This document shows positions 40,324 through 54,200 of a stretch of DNA of 64,000 bases, in pieces. The stretch's first letter is position 1; each line of letters begins with the position of its first letter. The position numbers and the translations under genes were made by a program. The notes beneath the pieces are model-generated. The model searched no databases. It had not been told where the DNA came from and was given only the letters and a program-made list of their open reading frames with translations. The stretch comes from Chrysomallon squamiferum (lineage: Eukaryota > Animalia > Mollusca), in the NCBI GenBank assembly GCA_012295275.1, contig CM022665.1, forward strand, positions 14,012,001 through 14,076,000, in the 5' to 3' direction.

Positions 40324-41419
40324 TTTTTTTTTTTTTTGTTTGTTTGTTTCATATTGAAATCCTGTAATCTAGTGTTGGATTATGTACAATCCTGAATCTT
40401 TTCATAAAAAAATATATTTTGTACTTTATTGATTAAAAATTTGATCGTTTACTATTTCATAGTGTTGGATTTTGGATATTTAAACTGAAATTTTATTTCA
40501 TTTTAATAAATACTAATAAAATGTGCTTTTTTTTGTCTTTTGAATTCTGGTAATATGAAATATTTTGATATTGCTTATGTGATATATCCCAATTTTCATT
40601 ATAAGCACTATTAGATAGGTACTGTGACAGTACTTACTTAATCACATAAATGGTAATTGAAACTTATTTTTTTTACTTGTTTTTTTTTTTAATACAGATA
40701 CCACTTATTGTCTTCAAATAATTATAATATCTTGACAAAGGATGTTTTATAGATCCTCAATATGCTGGTATGATTATTTTTACTGTAGATCATTCAAATG
40801 ACAATGCTTTAGAATATTGAATCCTTATTTAGTTTATAGGTAATGTTAAAGACCATATTTTGAGCGTTATGGTTTCTGAATTAGATATTGCTGCTTGATT
40901 GGAAAATACACAAAACATGTCTAAATGAATAAGTAAAAGTAAACTAGTACAAGTAGTAACATTCTTCATATTTTATAAGTAAACATACTGGCACAAAGTA
41001 ACCATTGATATGAAAATGAACTGAAATCTTTCTCAACAATCTTAATATCAAATTATTTTACAAAGAACAAAATGAAAAATGATTTAAAAACAATTTTATT
41101 GACATCCCATCTTTCACAAAATGTACTAATATATGATCCTAGAAAAAATAATCATTTACAAATAGTATCACAGTTTCAAAGATAAAAATCATAAATGGTA
41201 GAAAAATTGTTTCCTCAATCCAGTTTTTTGTTTTGTACTTTTATGCTCAGATTTAATTTAAAATAACAGAGCATAGCATATATAATTTTGTGTAAAAACT
41301 TATTAGTAACTGCATAATAAAATTCCTCTTCTCTATTCCAGTAAAATATTTTCAAAAACACCCAACTTCATTTTTAAAATATTTTTTATAGGTGTTATTA
41401 AAATGTGTAAACATTGTCA

Positions 41420-44170
41420 TCAATGCTTAACAGGTTTGCACAATAATGCATTCTTGACGAGATGTTTTCCCTGTGATGTTAAGGAAGATGGAAACATAAT
41501 ATCAAATTCTATTATTAAATCTCCTTTTTCTGATGGATTTGTGGAAATAGGCATGCCTTCTTCGGGAACAACTTTTTTGTACCCAGGCCTAAAAAATAAA
41601 AATGTATATAACTTATATATATAACAACAGAATAAAATTTTATTTTTTAATTCACAAAAGATTAGCAAACACTGATTTGAAATACAAATATCTAGTAATA
41701 ATTATCTTTTTTAATCCATTATAAAATTATCTGTAATGTAGTGGATATTTCTCCTTATTTCTCCATCCCCATAATTCTGAATTTTTACTTTATGCATGTT
41801 TATTACATTGCATATAACATTTTGAAGTATCTTCATATTCAAATGTCCAGTAACAGTACAAGTTGAAACCTTTTATTGGAAAACTTTGTTTATGTTTATA
41901 CTAAATGGTTTTTACTTACTTGATTATGTCATTGATGGGGACGTGAAGAATGCGTTCATCCAGTGTGTGGATGTCCACAATCCAACCAGTAAGAGCTTTT
42001 CCAAGAGGAACTTTTGCGGTGTGAATCAGGTTAATGCCTTCTCGTCGGAAATTGGGATGGGGTTTGTCTTTGACAATGAATACAATATCAGCTGAAAAAT
42101 GAAACTGTTATTGTTAAAATATTTTTTTCAATACAAGCTAGAAGGATTTCTCATTTTAAATGTTTTCATAAATAGCTACAATTATGTTGTCTTGTATTAA
42201 ATTTCAAATGACAGATTTTATAAATTCAAGAGAAAAAATATTTAAAAGATAAATCCTAAAAATGTAGGAGCTAAACAAAATGTTAAAATTTACATTAATA
42301 TACACACAATTCATTAAGTAGTTATGAATTAACTTAAAAACTGAACATATTTCTACCTGGAATATTGTTTGGACCCTGGTCACCTTCTTCAGGAAATGTT
42401 ATTCTTGTTCCTGGTCTCCAGCCTTTCTTAACAGTGATGGTCAAGATTTTGTCACGAATACTGGACGTGTGGCCATCTTCATTCATAACCTAGACATAAA
42501 TTAAACTTCACACATTCAGCATACAGATATATGAATTTTCATTAAAACATAAGAACCCAGCATTCAAAATTAAGAGAGAAATAACATTCAGCAAAACGTT
42601 CTTTGCAGATGTTAAACAATGTTAGTTAAGAATTACAATGGATTATTTAAAAGTAAAAAAAAATAAACAGATAAAAATATGAATGTATTTTATTTGATTT
42701 TCAAAAGAGACATAATGCATTAATTTTAGTTTTATTTACAAACTGTTCTATTTGGTCATTATTTTTAAAATGGACACATTTTTCAGAATCATAAAATAAC
42801 AAACGGAATTAACTTAAATTTCACAGTATAAACTGCAAGGACTGACAAAGATTAATTTTTATAGGAGTAAAACCTAAATATGGTTTAATTAATTTATTTT
42901 AAGTTCTTACCCTTCTGGATATTTTCATTTTCTTTGTGCATCCATGGAACACCTCTTCCAATGACAAATATAGATCTCTCTCTATTGGTGGGTCTTGCTT
43001 TTTGCTGCCACGACCTTGAAGGCCTCCAAAACTCATGCTCAGATCTCCATCAACACGGTCATAAAATTCTGAAGGGTAAAAGTCAAAGGCAGGATGGAAA
43101 AACAAGCTACTTTCCATTGTCATTTCTAGATGTTAACTTAAGATGTTTTGTGAGGTTTTTCAAACAGATAATAATAATGGTTTGAGAAAGGAAAACAATC
43201 AACCTGTCTCCACAACAACTGAGAAATAAAGAAAATTAATCTATCACTCAAGATGATTAAATATTAATCCCTCATCTCATACTTGCTGTTAAATTCACAG
43301 TGAGATACTTTTCTCAAGTGGAAGAGTAAGGCTAAATATTTAATTTCTCTCTGCATCCCCTTGATAGATGTAAGCTGATTACAAAACAATCAATGAACTG
43401 GTATCAACAATTCACAAGGTCAACCAGGAATCTAACAGCCACATAGCAGAACTTGAAGACAGACACTACTATGAAGATTTTGTGCCATAATAGAGATAAA
43501 CTCCTGACGTTTTTATATGCCATTTGGAATACCGAGCACCAGATATTTAGTGATATTTATTTGATGTGTTTCTTATTGATGAAAAAGAATGGAGGCATTA
43601 TATTGTTTTGAGTGAAGTTTTAAAAATCAACATGGGAACATATTCCAAGAGCTTCTGGTTCTGTTCTACTGTGCTTTACTTTCATAGGAATTAATCACTA
43701 TTATTTCTGTTTTTTGTATAGCTAATATTATAAGGTTACTCTATTATTCCACTGGAATAAATTTTGTTAAATGTCAGGATTATTTGACAACATTTCCTTT
43801 AAACAATTAACAGGTATGTATTGTACAAACTTACAAATTACAGTGAAGAATAAAAATTATACAGATAACCAAATAAATAAATAATTAATTTTAGAGAAAC
43901 TAATATTTACCTTGAAATGGGTTATCTCCCCCAAAGAAATCTCGGAACACTTTCTCACAGTTGCCATGGAAAGTGTAACCTTGTGTCCATGCACCAGCTT
44001 GACCACTTCCAGGTGGCACACCATTTTTTAGCCCTTCCTCTCCAAATTGGTCATATGTAGCTCTTTTTCGGGCTTTAAAAACATATGTATTATTAAAAAC
44101 AATTTCACTTTTATAATGTTTCAAACATTTTAACACTTTTTTCTTTTCTTTTTTTATTAATAAAATTTTA

Positions 44171-44244
<74 letters not shown>

Positions 44245-44896
44245 AAAAACAGTAATATGTGAATATAAAAATTAAATTTAGGATTATTTCGTTTCAACCA
44301 AAAAGTATGATCTTGCATTTTATCTGGTATGAAAAATTCATCTTGAAATTTACATTCCTGACCATGATGGAAACCCATTGTCTGGAAACCCTGGCCATTC
44401 TTCATAGAGTAATATAAAACTTACGATCTGACAAAACATCATAGGCTTCAGAAACTTGTCTAAATTTGTCTGCTGCTTCCTGGTCATCAGGATTCTTCTG
44501 GGGGTGATATTTCAAAGCCAGTTTTCTGAAACTATCAAATAAAATGAACCGTAACAAAGTCTCCAAATTTGAAAGTATTACAAGGAGTACAAAAATTTAT
44601 AATATGAATTTATTTTCATTGTTTTTGTAATAAATATGAACTATATTTGTAATTATGTCACATTAAAGTTACAAATATGTTTATAAACAGCAATAATAAT
44701 CTGAAAACCATAACAAACAACAAACCAAAGAATTTATAAATTTAAATGATATATTGTGCATAAAGCGCAGTATCGAAAATAGCTTTATTAAAACTAAGGA
44801 ATAACAAATGTATTAATATTTAACTTACTGTTTCTTTATATCGGCATCGGTCGCGCTACGGTTAAGTTGCAAAATACTGTAATAGTCAACACCCAT
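41420..44896 (-). CDS. DNAJB13: DnaJ homolog subfamily B member 13 (radial-spoke HSP40, RSPH16), 7 exons, ~322 aa
   Basis: Exons 44896-44829, 44531-44425, 44072-43911, 43068-42911, 42489-42357, 42091-41920, 41588-41420 give [11 protein letters not shown]...ALKYHPQKN...SEAYDVLSD...[12 protein letters not shown]...WTQGYTFHG...FFGGDNPF...[16 protein letters not shown]...[29 protein letters not shown]...[18 protein letters not shown]. Confidence 0.93.
44177..44241. repeat. (CT)n microsatellite in DNAJB13 intron 2
   Basis: Uninterrupted dinucleotide run. Confidence 0.95.
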
Positions 44897-45275
44897 TTTA
44901 GCTAGTGTGCGTAATGAAATGTTCTGATCAGTGAAACGATTTGTTTGTACACTAAGAAAATGGCGAAATGCCTAGCAACCTCAGGTTATCAAGTATTTAG
45001 CCGCCAATAGAAACCAAAAATAAACAGATTATTTCATAAAATAGCGTCAGAAATTAAACAAAGCACAATTAATATCATGTGATATATTATTTATACAATT
45101 TTGTTATTCGAATTACTTTTTTTATGACTTATATATATATATTGTTTACGAATATGCGGTATTAAATTTGTAATCAGATGGAGTCCCAAGCAACAGTCCC
45201 AAACAATATGTCTGCCACGGTTCGGAATTGTGCGTGAGTGTCTGTAGTCTAGAATTAAAAATTTACACAGTGCGC
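44897..45275. promoter_or_regulatory. Bidirectional promoter DNAJB13/CFAP47 with X-box-like and forkhead-like sites
   Basis: 379 bp between divergent ATGs. TGCCTAGCAAC at 44969-44979 (RFX X-box-like), TAAACA at 45021 and 45055, TTTGTTTG at 44940, YY1-like AAAATGGCG at 44957, GCCAAT at 45003. Confidence 0.65.
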
Positions 45276-48200
45276 ATGATGGAAGGTGATATATCAGGTG
45301 TGCGAATACTGCCACCTGTTTTGGAATTTTTTGACACAGAACCAAATAAGGTGTACCAACTGAACATCAATGTTACAAATATTTCCAAAGATAGTAAAAA
45401 AATTCGTTATTATGCACCTAAATTCAAGGTAAGTAACTTTCATTAATTCTGACAGTTCTGGTGACAAAAATATTAAAATTGTATATATTTAAATTTGTAT
45501 GCAATAATTATCTGAAATGGAGATAACTAAAAAATATATACTCGGGTGTCCTTTGAAGCTATATTCATTTAATTCAGAACATAAGTTGTTAAGTGTTCAT
45601 GTTACTATTAGTATTACATTAACACTGTATTATATAATTGCAGTATAGTCTCAGTTGTTTAACACTGACAGTTATAATATAAAGTCACTAAATGTTTCTT
45701 AAATCTTTTGAGTCTATATATATATTGTTACATACAATTACCATCATGGTTGTCAGGGTAAACATTGAAGATGAAACTTCAATTTCAACAGTTGATTTTG
45801 CATATTAGACATCTTTTTATATATTCGTCTAATAGTCTTTATTGTGAAATTTAAAAATGAAAATAAAACAAAGCCAATAACAAACAAATGAAAAAACAGC
45901 AAAACATTCAATTGATTAATATGAATAGATCAGAGGTTGTTTTTTTATTTTTTATTTATTTATTTATTTTTTATTCTTCTTTAGCGGTGAGACTTAATAA
46001 TAATATCTGATTAGAACTATTTCTTTAAAACTGTATTCTGTGTAATTTATTAATTTTTTTTAAAAATTTATAATTTATTACATTTATTTTTTTATGATTT
46101 ATTACTATATATTTGATTTTGATTTTGGTTTTTTATTATATTCATTTTTCACTTAATACATTTTTATGTAATGTAAAACTTACTGGATAAAATACTGTTA
46201 CTATTTGAATTAAAAAAACCCCACTATATATCATTTAATGTCTATATTGTTCCTTCCTCCTTCACTCTCTCTCTCTTTGTGCTTTTGTTTTGTTGGTTTG
46301 TTGTTTTGGTTTTATAATAACAATAGTAATAATCCAAACTGTTTTGGTTGGTTTTCTAGATTGCAGTCCACAGGGCAATAATAGTATATTTTGTTCTGTG
46401 TAATTGATTATGAAAAATAGCATTTAGCAAATAAAATCTTATTAACTTCAGTACATTTGTGATACTGTTTCTGTTTTGAAAGAGCTTTACTTTGAAAGTG
46501 AAGAATCCTGAACAACCAGTAGCACCTGGATTAGGTGTTGCAGCTCTGGTTGAATACAAAACACATGAAGAAAAGGAGAAAGAAGACAGGATAGTCATCA
46601 CTGTGAATGGAGAGGTCCTTACTGTACCAATACATGCGTAAGATATTATTTTATCATCATGCAAAGACTTTATTTTATAACACAGTGCCAAATAGATTTT
46701 GTTTTATTTCAAAGTGGAAATAATTAAATACATAAGTTTATAAAAAGTATAAATGTATGTGTATAAACATAAAATACTCTGTCAAACAAATTTCATATGT
46801 GAAAAAACTTTAATTACCAAAGCATGCTTGTGTTATGGTTTTATCATAATGCAAAAGATACAATTTTATCTTCATTATATCTGAATGCATGTAATAAAAG
46901 TTACTAATTACAGATATGGACTCTCCATGTAAAAGTCCTTTTGTACTACTAGATTGATCATGACTCCCCATTTTTAAAATGTATTAATTGTAATTTTAAA
47001 TCCCCTGATGAATAATTTGAAATAGAGTTTTATAATGCAGTACTAATACACTTTCTGTCTGATCACTTATTTGTATGATGAGAAATAAACTCTGAATCTG
47101 CACTGTAGCATTAAATTGTAGAAATCTAGCAATATTTATGACTTCCCTGCATTTTTATATAAAGTATTTACCTAACATAAGATCTTCTAACTAGGTGAGT
47201 TATATATTACAATTAAAATCTTGAAAGATCTTTTCTTCTTTTTTTGGTAAATTTTTTTATATTTTTCTTGATAACATTAACTGATATGTTATTGTTTTAT
47301 ATATCAGTTATCCATCAAGGGCAGTTTTGGAATTACCTGAAGTTGTGGATTTTGGAAATGCTGTTGCAAACTGTAAAGTGATTGCCAAGGAAATAATTCT
47401 GTATAATTATGGATCAAAATCAGGAGAGTTTGAAATTAAATATTCTGGTTCTAGACCCATTACAATCAATCCTAATTCTGGAAGTGTTGCAGCACAAAGT
47501 CACAAAAAAATCAAGGTATTTCTTTTACATTCTAGTTAAATGTGTATTAAATTGGTCTGAAAAACTATCCTTATTGGAATAAAGTTAGAAATTACATTAA
47601 CATAAGCATGCACACCCTGAATTGAGGGGGGGGAGGAAGAAAAAAGATACTTATAAGTTATGAATCCAATTATATTTTTTTTATTAGTTTCTGAAGCTTA
47701 AAATTTTAATTTTCAGGGTTTTTTTGTTTTGTTTTGTTTTGTTGTTTTTGGGTGTTTTTTTTTTTTTACTTCTGTTTGCCCAGATAATAAAAAAGAAAGA
47801 AAAAAGATAAAATACATTATAAGACTGCCAAAATAAAAAAGCTTGTCAGATTGAACTTTAGATAAATTACTGGTATTTAGGCTAAAAAAGAATAACATTA
47901 CACATTTGATATACTACTGAATTTTTTTATTTTCAGGTGGAATACATGGCAGAAGAAACTGGAAAATTTGATGAAGTGGCTGTGTAAGGATAATCTTTGT
48001 TTTCTTCCTTATTTTCTTTGTCCAGTATATTATATATTTAAAAAAAAACCCTAATATTTAAAAAAAAAAATGGTTTGGAGGCTTATTAGTATTGTACTTA
48101 AAAACAAATTTCATTTCCATCATTAACTATCATGAAAAATCCAAAATTAAGGACAGTAAAGTATTAAAATTTAATTTAACCATGCTGTTTTGGCTGTTCG

Positions 48201-51200
48201 AAGGAAACCAAACTGGATACATATATATATAAAGGTAATCAAATTTTACAGGTGAAACAGTAAATAAATGCACAATGGTTCTGTTTATCTAATTCATATT
48301 GCATTTATAGGTTACATTTTTAAAATTAAAATTATAACTGGGGTACTTATTTTTGTCTCCCAGAGTGAAGTTAAAAGGAAAGCCTCCAACAACCCTGAAA
48401 ATCAAAGGAAATATTGTTCAACGAGGACTTGAGCTGCTGTCATTTGAAGATGGGGAGCCACTTAAGTGTATCAAGTTTGGAAGTACTTACTATGGCACAG
48501 ACCTGACTCAGTGTGCCTTACTGTTTAACAATGGACCAGAACCTATCAATTTTGTTGCTGTTCTTGATGAGGATGCTATAGGGCAAGAACTGGTAAGCAA
48601 ATTGAGATGCAACACAGAAAAGGTATTTACAAATAAAAACAACTTTGTGATGCGCATGTCATAAGATAAGTATTATTATTCTTTTTCTTAAAAACTGAAA
48701 AACAAGTAAACAAAAAGAAAAAAGCCCAACAAAAAAACAAAGGATTATGAAAACAAGATCTTGTAAACAAACTGAAACAGAACACAAAAATATATTTTAC
48801 ACTGAAATCAAATTAGGATAATAACATTAATTAGCTGTGTCTTTATTTTGTGAATATAAATAATACACTGTTTATTCTCCTGATTTAAAAATAAAAATCT
48901 ATGGTATTGGGATAAAAGTTAACCAAAAGTAAAATTTAAAAAAAATTATTATGGTAAATGTTAATGACATTAAAAGCAATGTTTTCAATTCTCAATATAT
49001 CTGTTAATGAAATACACTGTAGATAATTCTCTTTATAGTATATCTTGTTACTTACTGTGTAGATATTTCTCTAATTTCTGTTTGAAGGGTGTTGATCTTA
49101 CTCAGACAGCATCAGCACTGATAGCTGATGAGATTGGTGGACGTATACGAAAGGGAGAAACAAATGTGTTGACTTCACTGTTTACTGCAATACCTAACCA
49201 GGGAATACTAAAACCATACCAGAAAATACCAGTGTTTTTCAGATTCAGTCCAAGGTTAGTAACTTAACTTAATGTTATTATATTTGAAATTTACATAATA
49301 AATATAAAGTCATGTGTTGGATGTTTTGGCATAACAGAAAACTCTTTTCTAAATAGTTTGCAATTTTTAATGTTTTTCCTTTTTTCCTTTTTTTATCCAT
49401 ATTTGTCATATTATTTTAATAATAAATTTATATTATTATATAACTGTGATGCTGATAACTTAAAAACCAACTTCTCAATTTTAGATGGCATCCATCACAG
49501 CAGGGCTGGAAAGGACAGATAAACTCACCTCCAAGAAAAGATTTTGTCATTTTTATGAGACTGGAGATTGTTGGTTCAAACAAAGGCTTTAGTCAAGGAA
49601 GTTCTTCAGGTAGTCATTTGAATAGATAAACCATGTGTAATATATCAGTCATAGAAAATACATGTTCTTCTCTGTAGGAAAATACATATAAAAGATACCA
49701 TGTTGCCATTGTTTTTGTTTTACTTCATTTCAAACAAAAAACACTTAATGCAGTAATGATAATTATTATTTGCAATAAATTTGTCCTTTTATTACAATAA
49801 AGTAACAAATATACTACATTTAGAAGATATTTTAATTTATTTTTTGAAAAAGCAAATGTACAAATGTTACTGTCAAAGTGATGCAGATTTTATAATTAAT
49901 AAAATATGAACTATACGAAAGCGCAATGACAAATATATTTAATTATCTTTCAGGTCATTTTGCTGAAGTCTCACTGACAGGCACAGCTCTTCCTGTTCTT
50001 TTATCTATCTTACCTACTCAGAAGTATGACTTTGGAGAATGTTCTGTTGGTGAAAGTATTGATGTTCTCTGTACAATTAACAATGAGTCACAAATCCTAC
50101 CAGCGACATTTGTGTTTCGTCATATTGCACATTTCACAGTTCATCCCTCTAATGGAACAGTTAACCCAGGACAAACTCAGGATGTGATATTTTCATTCTC
50201 CCCTAACCAAGCAGGTCAGTTAATGTTTGAAATATTTTAGGCTATTTAGAGATAATTATATTTTGAGGCTTTAAATTCCAATAACACTAAAAATAAATTG
50301 GACATATTATAGAGCTAATTCATATTTTATTATTTATTTATTTATTAATTTTCTTATACATATACTCAGATTTAATTACATGTTTATCTTACAGATTTAA
50401 TGACTTAAATTAAATTAATGTGCATATAAAGGATCCTTTTCTGCTACTTGATAAATTGTGGTGGGAGGAGGTTTATTCTCTCAGTTGCTTTTTATACATC
50501 ATGACCATTAATATTAAAATGTTAAGATATTGTTGAAATAATTCAAATGGTCATTTATTTATTCATTTATTCATTTTTTGTTTCAGGCAGCTTCAAATCA
50601 CATCAGCTGGTTTACGTCATTGGACAAGTCGCTGATCAGCGCAATCCTACTGTAGTGCATCCTGAGGTCATTTCCACCCTGACCATCAAGTTTGTGGGAT
50701 CCAGCAACCCAGTGAGCAAGAAGCCTACTCCAAAGTTTAATCCAGGTACTGTATATCTCTGTTTAGATGCAATTAAATTCTTTTTTTATTATTATTACTC
50801 CTTCATATATTTAATTCTTGTAATATTTTACTTGAAACAAAATTTTTAAATGATTAAATAGTATTTATTGTTAATTATTATTTTTATTTTTATTTTAGTG
50901 ATGTCTCAAATTAACAAACAACTGGCAAGGGTACATTGATGTGATAAAAACAGTAGAAAAATACATGAATATTATAAATACAACACAGGATGTACAGACA
51001 TAAACACTGAAAAATAAATGTTAAAAAGGAAAATTAGAAGTGAAAAGAGATCTGTTATACTGAGTTGTTATTTAATTTCTTGTAACTTTCTACATGTTAT
51101 TAAAAAGACATTTGAACATTTCCACAAAATTAATCTAGATGCCCACAGATTACATAATTTAAGAATACCTACTTTGGTTCTTCTGTTATTTGTCTTAACT

Positions 51201-54200
51201 TACTTTAGAAAATAAATTATATTGAAATGAAGAAAATATTGAATTATTATCTGAATTATTTAATATTCTTTCTGTCAGGCATCACTCCATTAATAACAAA
51301 TGAGGTGGGAATGTATGTGGACACAAAATTTGGTGAACTTCGGACTGATTATCTGAGAAATGCTGTTCTTGGTGCCACCAGAACCAAACTACACCATTTG
51401 AAAATTCCATCATCAACCTTAGATGATTTGGATGTGAAAGTTGCCTTTCCAAATGATCTAACTCACAGTGTAAGGCCAACAGAAAGAAAGGAAAAATACA
51501 AGTATGATGTTTAAACTGATAATAACATTACCTTTGCCACTTCTGAAGCATTACATTCATACATATATAATAATAATGATAAACTGAATCATCTGAATTT
51601 ATCATTATTATTATTATTATTATTATTATTTATTCCTTTCTTTTGTATTTTGTTTTCACAGTTGTATCTTTAATATTACAAGAATTACAGAAATTATGAT
51701 TTTATAAATATCTTATGACAATAATAATGTAACTTCTCTGTTTTATTTTTATTTTTCATTATATATATTTTTTTTGTTGATGGTTAAACTTCTGAAATTC
51801 ATAAATACTACAGTTTGACATTAATAAATATTTGTTTCCCTGAAAATAGTCTACAATAATTGCAATATTTCCTTTCAGATCATTATTCACAAGACGAGAA
51901 CGACACAACTATGTGGATCCTGACTATGCTTACAGTGATGAAGAACTAACAGAAAGAAAGACACACAGAGCTAAATACATCAAACTGTTCAAGGAACTTA
52001 GAGAAAAGAGAGTGGGCAAAATGAGATTAAGGTTTGTATATAATCTATTTCCTGGTAAAGCCAGTGTTCCTTGATTAATTTATCAGATACTTTTGGGGTA
52101 TGTGTATTCCTGCCACTGGAAAGTTGCATGTAAAAGATGTTATTTTCCTTTATCATTATCTACATGATCTTTAACCAGGTCTTTAGTTGCATAGCTATGT
52201 ATTCAGCTTTAGCCTACAACAGTGGAGTGACATAAACAAATTATTTGGATATTTTTATTAAAAATTGGTTTATAAATATGTTATTGCTTTGATCCAGTGA
52301 CAAAATTTATAGATATTAATCCTTAGGTGCATTTTTGAGCACTTTTATGAACACTGTTATTTAATGGATGCCTCATTTACTGAGAAAATCCCATAATTTG
52401 ATGCCAACATGACACAGGAATGAATGAGCTATCAAAATAAAACTTATGGAGGCAGGAATCTGAAAATACACTCCAGTCAGCCAAAGTTTGAATTAAGATC
52501 TGGTTTGATGGGTCTCAAATACTGTTTAAAAATGTATTGAATGCATCAGTTAAATAAAATATTCTTTCTTCCTTTTCAATTTGTCTATAAAGTTTGCAGT
52601 GCTAAAATGGAAATAATCCAAAGTTGAATGATAATTACAGCTGATGAAAATGCATAACCACTGAAGATAACTAATTAATAAGACATTTCAAACTGTTAAA
52701 ATGTTGAAGCTAAATTTGTAAATCTTACAATATCATTTAATAATAGTTATTGATAATACAGATTTTATTTTTACAGGGAGTTCTGGCAGACAAACAATCC
52801 AATTGATATTGGAATAAAAAATGCAGCTGGTTTAAAACCCAGAGAGTTGACTCTTGAAGAAATCAAACAGGATCCTTCAGGTTTCTCTTTTTTAAACTTT
52901 TGTTAAATATAGTTTCCTTAATGAATGTTTGTACTTGTATATTACTCTTCAAATATATAGCCTGAATAGATTTCCCAGTTATTGTGTTTTGTTTATTATT
53001 AAATTGTGTCAATGTTGATTTGAACAAATAGCTTAATTATATTTTGGATGTCCATGCTATTATGTTGTTTTTAATAATATAAAAATATTATAATAACATA
53101 ACTAGTATGTGTGGATGCATAGAGATGGAATTTTTCAACAGAAAGCATTAAAGCAACGTCATGGTATATTTGTTGTATCCACAGACTCTCAAGCTATATT
53201 TTACAGTTCTATTTACAAAAAAAGGCAGCATTGTGTTAAGGAAAATGTCAGCCTCCATTAATCTTCACTCATTTATTAATTTACGTTAATATTTTATTAT
53301 TAGCAAACATAGTAAGAATTATTTGGAAGTAAGCCAATGTATATAGGCTGTTTGTGCTTGAGGTATATTTTAATCTTTTTGACATGCTTTTTTATTTTTT
53401 CCATTTTCTTATCCAAAGCTGGAATAATATTTTATTGTATTAACAGTCCCAGAACCTCCAAATTCAATGTGGAAACTGTTGAGTACAAAGGAACTCACAC
53501 AGGCAGAGAAAGAAACCATGTCAAAACCAGTAAGTAGCATATTGTAAAACTGTCTTTTGCATAAATAAAACAAAAAATGTTATTATAGTAGTCAGATTAA
53601 TATGTGAATAAAATTTGATGTATTGTATTTGTTTTATATATATCTCTGATTCTCTGCATAGTTGAGATAATAACATTTTTACTGAGAATTATGGTTCCTG
53701 TAGTTTTATTATTGGAAGTGCCTATAAATTTAAACAGTGTTATAGTATATGTCAGTTTTGCAGTTTCTGCGGAGCATTGGTTAAACCATCAGACTTAAAA
53801 CTGATATGTACTGAGATCACATCTTGGTATTTTCTCCTACTCAGAGCTAATTGCAAAAGTGTTAGACCATGTATTCTATATTCCCTCTAACTATTCCTTT
53901 AATACAAAAAAAGAATCTCTGTGTTGGAAAAAAGCCATGCTTAAATGTTCAGTGGATGTAAACTCACTTCAAAATGGAGGATGACTAACTAATAATTATT
54001 AGTCATTTCTTCCTTATTGTTAGGATAAAACCCATCAAAACAGAGGTGTTGTAGATTTAAAATAATAAAAAAAAAAAAACAACCCAAAACAAGCTTGAAA
54101 GCATTTTCACTGAAAGAAATCCAGTTAAGAAATATTGTTTTGTAATGAATGCACAGTGATAATAATTATTTAAAAATGTAATTGATCAGACTAACACTAT

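Noticed and set aside
41403-43185. Plus-strand ORFs at 41403, 41886 and 42934
   Set aside because: Antisense shadows of DNAJB13 exons.
44157-44405. ORF with RERERE repeat
   Set aside because: Translation of the (CT)n microsatellite.
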